Assembly: GCA_015064125.1 (NCBI GenBank) | Contig: SVSV01000002.1 | Coordinates: forward strand, 1 to 46,259 | DNA from: Oscillospiraceae bacterium | GTDB lineage: Bacteria > Bacillota > Clostridia > Oscillospirales > CAG-272 | Direction of reading: 5' to 3' | Length of the DNA: 46,259 nucleotides | Part shown: positions 42,665-46,259 of the stretch, piece by piece | Numbering within the stretch: position 1 is the stretch's first letter | Layout of the letters: each line of letters opens with the position of its first letter | Notes under the pieces: model-generated | Seen by the model: the letters and a program-made list of their open reading frames with translations, nothing else | The model's database searches: none | What the model was told of the DNA's origin: nothing | Program-made: the position numbers and the translations under genes

Positions 42665-44571
42665 AATTTCACATTCTCCTTTTTGCTTTTCATCATAAGG
42701 TCACGCGCGGCATTTGCAAGCGCGATAGCATCTACTCCCGCTGCCTGCCACACGTTCTCGGTCTTACTCGGACACGCAAAGGGATCCTCGGCGCCCAAAA
42801 CGCGCGCACTACGCGAGCCAAGCAATTCAGCATGCAAAAGCGCAGCCCGCAAATTTTCACCGAAGCCTCCCGCACGGATCTCCTCCTCATAAAACAGCAC
42901 CGTCTCCCCCGCCAAAAGTGGCGCTACCTCGCGGGCAAGTATCGTGTACGGTGCCAGATACTCACAAAGCAGTATGCGCAGCGAAATGCCTTCCTGCATC
43001 AGCGCATCTGCCGCACGTAGCGCCTCAGCGGCAATGCGGCCATGCGTAACGACGGTAAGGCAGGGTGCCGTGCCGCTATCATATACACGCACCGTGGGTG
43101 CACTATCCGCAGCACCGCAAGGATAAAAGGCGGCAAGTAGCCGTGCGCTTTCACCGCCGCTGGGATAACGGAGCGCGGCCACCCCTTCGTGTTGCAAAGC
43201 GGCAGTCAGTGCCCTCTCAACGCCCTTCACGGTAACGGGGGCATAAATGGCTACGCCCGGCAGAGCGCTTAGCATTGCGACGTCAAAAACGCCGTGATGC
43301 GTCGGGCCGTCAGCAGTATTGAAGCCAGCACGGTCAATGGCAAGCGTCACAGGAAGATGCTGGAGCGCCGCATCGTGCACCAGCATATCAAACGCGCGCT
43401 GTAAAAAGGTAGAATAAACCGCCACCACAGGCCGCTTGCCACCTGCGGCAAGGCCTGCGGCAAAGGTTACGGCATGCCCCTCGGCAATGCCGACGTCAAA
43501 AAAGCGATTGGGATATTGCGCGCGAAAGGGCTCAAGACCTGTGCCATAGCTCATCGCTGCTGTAATGGCACAAATGCGCGCATCTGCGGCAGCGGCACGG
43601 CAAGCAGCATTACCAAATGCCGCAGAAAAGGTTTCAGCGGACGAAATTACCTCGCGCGGCGCTACGCCGTGGTAAAGATCCGGGCTGGCCTCGGCGGCAG
43701 CATCCCCCCTGCCTTTTTGGGTCTTAACGTGCAGGATCACGCTGGATTTTAGCTGCTTTGCATATTCAAGTGAAGCGATCAGGCCCTCAAGATCATTACC
43801 ATCGATCGGTCCGCGATAACGGACATTCATATGCTCAAACAGATTCTCGCGATAAAAAAGATGCTTCACACGACGCTTCAAGGCGCCCATAGCGCGGTAT
43901 AAGGGCTTGCCGACAAACGGCAAGCGCGAAAGGGCATTTGCCGTGAAGGCCTTGGCACGCAGGTATTTTTTTGAGCTGCGGATACGCGACAAATGCTCGC
44001 AAAGGTGTCCCGTGTTAGGGGATATCGACATTTCGTTTTCGTTGATGATGATCACAAGGCGAAGATCCCGACGGCAATTATTAAGCCCCTCGTAAGCAAG
44101 CCCGCCCGTCAGCGCGCCGTCACCGACGACCGCAACAGTAAAGGCATCACTGCCCGAAAGCACGTCTGCCTCAGCCATGCCAATGGCCGCGGAAATCGCC
44201 GTTGAGCTATGCCCTGCACCAAATGCGTCGTGAGCGCTTTCCCCGCGCTTAGTGAAGCCCGAGAGGCCACCCGGCATGCGCAAGGTATCAAATTGCTCCT
44301 TACGCCCCGTTAAAAGCTTATGCACGTAGCTTTGGTGTCCCACGTCAAAGATCACGTGGTCACAGGGCGTTTCAAACACGCGATGGATGGCAAGCGTTAG
44401 CTCCACCACACCGAGATTTGAGGCCAGATGCCCACCGTTTTCGCGCACACGGTAGGAAAGATATTCACGTATTTCTGCGGCAAGATGCGGGAGTCGATCC
44501 GCGGACAAGGCCTTGAGATCCGTGGGGCTGTTGATGCCCTGTAGCAATTCGTAGGCTTCAAAATTTTCCAC
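42661..44571 (-). CDS. dxs: 1-deoxy-D-xylulose-5-phosphate synthase
   Basis: LLQGINSPTDLK start, GHLASNLG, GHQSY.HK and GDGALTGG ThDP motifs. I prefer the GTG at 44571, which follows AAAGGGGGG, because the upstream ATG at 44598 sits inside the predicted -10/TSS region. Confidence 0.9.
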   Translation of the reverse strand: MENFEAYELLQGINSPTDLKALSADRLPHLAAEIREYLSYRVRENGGHLASNLGVVELTLAIHRVFETPCDHVIFDVGHQSYVHKLLTGRKEQFDTLRMPGGLSGFTKRGESAHDAFGAGHSSTAISAAIGMAEADVLSGSDAFTVAVVGDGALTGGLAYEGLNNCRRDLRLVIIINENEMSISPNTGHLCEHLSRIRSSKKYLRAKAFTANALSRLPFVGKPLYRAMGALKRRVKHLFYRENLFEHMNVRYRGPIDGNDLEGLIASLEYAKQLKSSVILHVKTQKGRGDAAAEASPDLYHGVAPREVISSAETFSAAFGNAACRAAAADARICAITAAMSYGTGLEPFRAQYPNRFFDVGIAEGHAVTFAAGLAAGGKRPVVAVYSTFLQRAFDMLVHDAALQHLPVTLAIDRAGFNTADGPTHHGVFDVAMLSALPGVAIYAPVTVKGVERALTAALQHEGVAALRYPSGGESARLLAAFYPCGAADSAPTVRVYDSGTAPCLTVVTHGRIAAEALRAADALMQEGISLRILLCEYLAPYTILAREVAPLLAGETVLFYEEEIRAGGFGENLRAALLHAELLGSRSARVLGAEDPFACPSKTENVWQAAGVDAIALANAARDLMMKSKKENVKL

Positions 44572-44601
44572 CGCAGCGCCCCCCTTTGATACTCTCATAA
44601 T

Positions 44602-44630
44602 AGTATACCATAAAAACTGCTTTTTGCAAA
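44602..44630 (-). promoter_or_regulatory. candidate promoter of dxs
   Basis: On the minus strand: TTTGCA (44630-44625), 17-nt spacer, TGGTATACT (-10 at 44607-44602). Confidence 0.5.
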
Positions 44631-44657
44631 GCCCTTTTTTCAAAGTTTAAAAATTAC

Positions 44658-44686
44658 TTGACACGGGGGGCGTGCCATGCTATAAT
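44658..44686 (+). promoter_or_regulatory. sigma-A promoter of the pnuC leader
   Basis: TTGACA (44658-44663), 17-nt spacer, TGcTATAAT (-10 at 44681-44686). Confidence 0.7.
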
Positions 44687-44689
44687 CAA

Positions 44690-44785
44690 GTCATATAAAA
44701 CAACTGCCACCGGGTAGTGTGACGCAAGGCGTCCGTTTGTACATCATTAGGTCTTAGAAGATGTGCAACGGGGGCTTTTCTTTTT
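44690..44785 (+). promoter_or_regulatory. leader RNA with intrinsic terminator upstream of pnuC (candidate riboswitch or attenuator, class unassigned)
   Basis: GCGTCCGTTTGTACATC (44729-44745) pairs with GATGTGCAACGGGGGC (44760-44775) and is followed by TTTTCTTTTT. A competing hairpin GACGC-AAG-GCGTC overlaps the left arm. Confidence 0.45.
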
Positions 44786-44797
44786 GGAGGTAACAAA

Positions 44798-45492
44798 ATG
44801 CACAATCCCTTTAGATCCCTCACCGGATTTGAGCTTTTTCTCTGGCTTTTCTCGTTGCTGCTGGGCACGGTGTGTTTTTTCTTTCCCCAACCAAGGACCC
44901 ACTCACCCTAATGGTCTCACTTGTTGGCTTTACCGCCCTGATCTTCACAGCAAAGGGCCTCGTGCTGGGACAGATCTTGATCGTGATATTTGCCACGCTT
45001 TACGGGATCATCTCATACCGTTTTGCCTATTACGGTGAAATGATCACCTACCTCGGCATGAGTGCGCCAGTGGCAATCGTTGCCATTGCTTTTTGGCTGC
45101 GCCACCCTTACAAAAAAAGCAAGCAGGTCGCCGTGCATCGCATGCGCGGCAAGGAATGGGCTCTGCTCTCCCTCTTGACGGTAATCGTTACTGTACTCTT
45201 TTATTTCGTGCTGAGGGCGCTCGGAACGGCAAGCTTGATCGTCAGCACCGTTTCGGTGGCTACCAGCTTTTTTGCGGCATCCCTCACGGTCCTGCGCAGC
45301 CCCTTTTACGCGCTTGCCTATACCGCCAACGACGCCGTACTGATCGTGCTTTGGATCGCGGCATCTATGAAGGATATTTCCAGCCTACCCATGGTAATCT
45401 GCTTTGTTATGTTTCTTGCAAATGACCTCTACGGCCTTTACAGCTGGCTGCGTATGCAAAAGGAGCAAGCAGAAGACGGCTTAACAACCTGA
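44798..45492 (+). pseudogene. pnuC: nicotinamide riboside transporter PnuC family, interrupted by a frameshift at a T6 tract
   Basis: The ATG at 44798 follows GGAGG and encodes MHNPFRSLTGFELFLWLFSLLLGTVCFFF, then stops at 44909. The rest of PnuC (..PTKDPLTLMVSLVGFTALIFTAKG..YGEMITYLGM..) is in the -1 frame, open from 44833. The two frames join cleanly if T6 (44875-44880) were T7. Confidence 0.65.
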
Positions 45493-45555
45493 ACGGTGTG
45501 CTTTGAATGACAAGCAATCCCATGTAGCGGTTCTAGTCCGCGCCGTCGGCGCGAA

Positions 45556-45597
45556 CAAAAAGAAAACGCCCCCGATCGGGGGCGTTTTCTTTTTGTT
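45556..45597 (+). terminator. intrinsic terminator after pnuC
   Basis: CAAAAAGAAAACGCCCCC-GATC-GGGGGCGTTTTCTTTTTG. Confidence 0.85.
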
Positions 45598-45742
45598 GGT
45601 GCAGTAGCAGGGAGAATATACGAACTTATATTATTAAAGCACGTCTTAATACAATCTTAATACCGCAAGGTAGAGTGCTAACGTCGTCTTTATCTGTTTT
45701 TTGGTAAACTATATATAGTAGAAACAATATAAGGAGATGTAT

Positions 45743-46259
45743 ATGCGACCTTTGCATAGATTTAAGCTGTCATCATTTCAAGTCATTTTACTTGGCTTTG
45801 CGGCAGTCATACTGATCGGGGCGTTTCTGCTGATGCTCCCCATATCAAGCAAGGAAGGCGTTGTAACACCGTTTTCGGATGCTCTGTTCACATCAACCTC
45901 AGCAGTATGCGTAACGGGACTTATCGTACAAGATACGGCAACCTATTGGTCGTACTTTGGGCAAGCGATCATTCTCATACTCATTCAGATCGGCGGCTTG
46001 GGTGTCGTAACGGTTGCGGCTTCGGTATCACTTCTCGCAGGCAGAAAGATCGGTCTTGGACAGCGAAGCACGATGCAGGAGGCAATGTCAGCCCCAAGCG
46101 TTGGCGGCATCGTCCGTCTGACTTGGTTTATTCTCAAGGGCGTGCTTATTATTGAAGTGATCGGTATGCTCGCTATGCTTCCTGTGTTTTGCATCGACCA
46201 CGGAGCAAAAGGAATATGGATGGCGCTGTTCCACTCCATATCGGCGTTCTGCAACGCAG
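45743..46259 (+). CDS. ktrB: KtrB/TrkH-family potassium transporter, 3'-truncated by the window end
   Basis: Not in the ORF track because the frame is open-ended. The ATG at 45743 follows AAGGAG. Translation: MRPLHRFKLSSFQVILLGFAAVILIGAFLLMLPIS..FTSTSAVCVTGL..IQIGGLGV. Confidence 0.8.
   Translation, partial: MRPLHRFKLSSFQVILLGFAAVILIGAFLLMLPISSKEGVVTPFSDALFTSTSAVCVTGLIVQDTATYWSYFGQAIILILIQIGGLGVVTVAASVSLLAGRKIGLGQRSTMQEAMSAPSVGGIVRLTWFILKGVLIIEVIGMLAMLPVFCIDHGAKGIWMALFHSISAFCNA

Noticed and set aside
42221-42892. 223-aa plus-strand ORF
   Set aside because: It is antisense across the dxs/ThyX-like junction; no SD or motifs.
44872-45492. Accepting the track's GTG at 44872 as the true pnuC start
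   Set aside because: There is no SD. It would remove the conserved N-terminal helix, which is encoded in the neighbouring frame behind a perfect SD/ATG at 44798. A frameshift explanation fits better.
45598-45742. c-di-AMP (ydaO/kimA-type) riboswitch upstream of ktrB
   Set aside because: The 145-nt AT-rich leader shows none of the paired pseudo-symmetric GC-rich helices of that class. I could not fold a convincing structure by eye. The lower GC here is noted but not interpretable from 650 bp.

Overview
This 46.3-kb window looks like chromosomal DNA from a moderately high-GC, spore-forming Firmicute. The class Clostridia is suggested by spoIIR, the THF, preQ1 and T-box leaders, and canonical TTGACA-17-TGnTATAAT promoters; the taxon is a guess. 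Most of it is housekeeping. I call 43 intact-looking CDSs plus one frameshifted pnuC. They include rpsR, rpmB, proC, galE, trpB, mtaB, lnt, trkAH, gpsA, folC/folT, queT, hpf, hisS, spoIIR, dxs and a 3'-truncated ktrB. There are two two-gene tRNA operons (Met-Glu on +, Thr-Tyr on -). Four recognisable cis-regulatory RNAs are present: a Trp T-box, a THF riboswitch, a preQ1-I riboswitch and a terminator-type leader upstream of pnuC. Many intrinsic terminators are visible. Eight things are not explained by ordinary annotation. (1) An orphan, translationally coupled three-gene module (29266-31768, - strand) starts with a phage BppU_N-like baseplate protein but has no other phage genes around it. 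(2) A 184-bp tandem repeat (2.2 copies) between trkH and tRNA-Tyr carries fragments resembling the tRNA-Tyr 3' end. (3) A MITE-like element family with TATAGCCGAAGAG inverted ends has one full 278-bp copy inside an ABC-transporter operon, one truncated copy upstream of a LacI gene and one 41-bp mini-hairpin. (4) A split duplicate of the tRNA-Glu 3' half lies next to a visibly lower-GC LacI/MFS/ceramidase-like module. (5) A ThyX-fold protein lacking the RHR motif is translationally coupled to dxs. (6) A deoxyribonucleotidase-guanylate-kinase fusion is present. (7) A degenerate PurL-like orphan sits downstream of mtaB. (8) pnuC is frameshifted at a T6 tract. All homology statements come from reading the translations and motifs by eye; no searches or computations were run.
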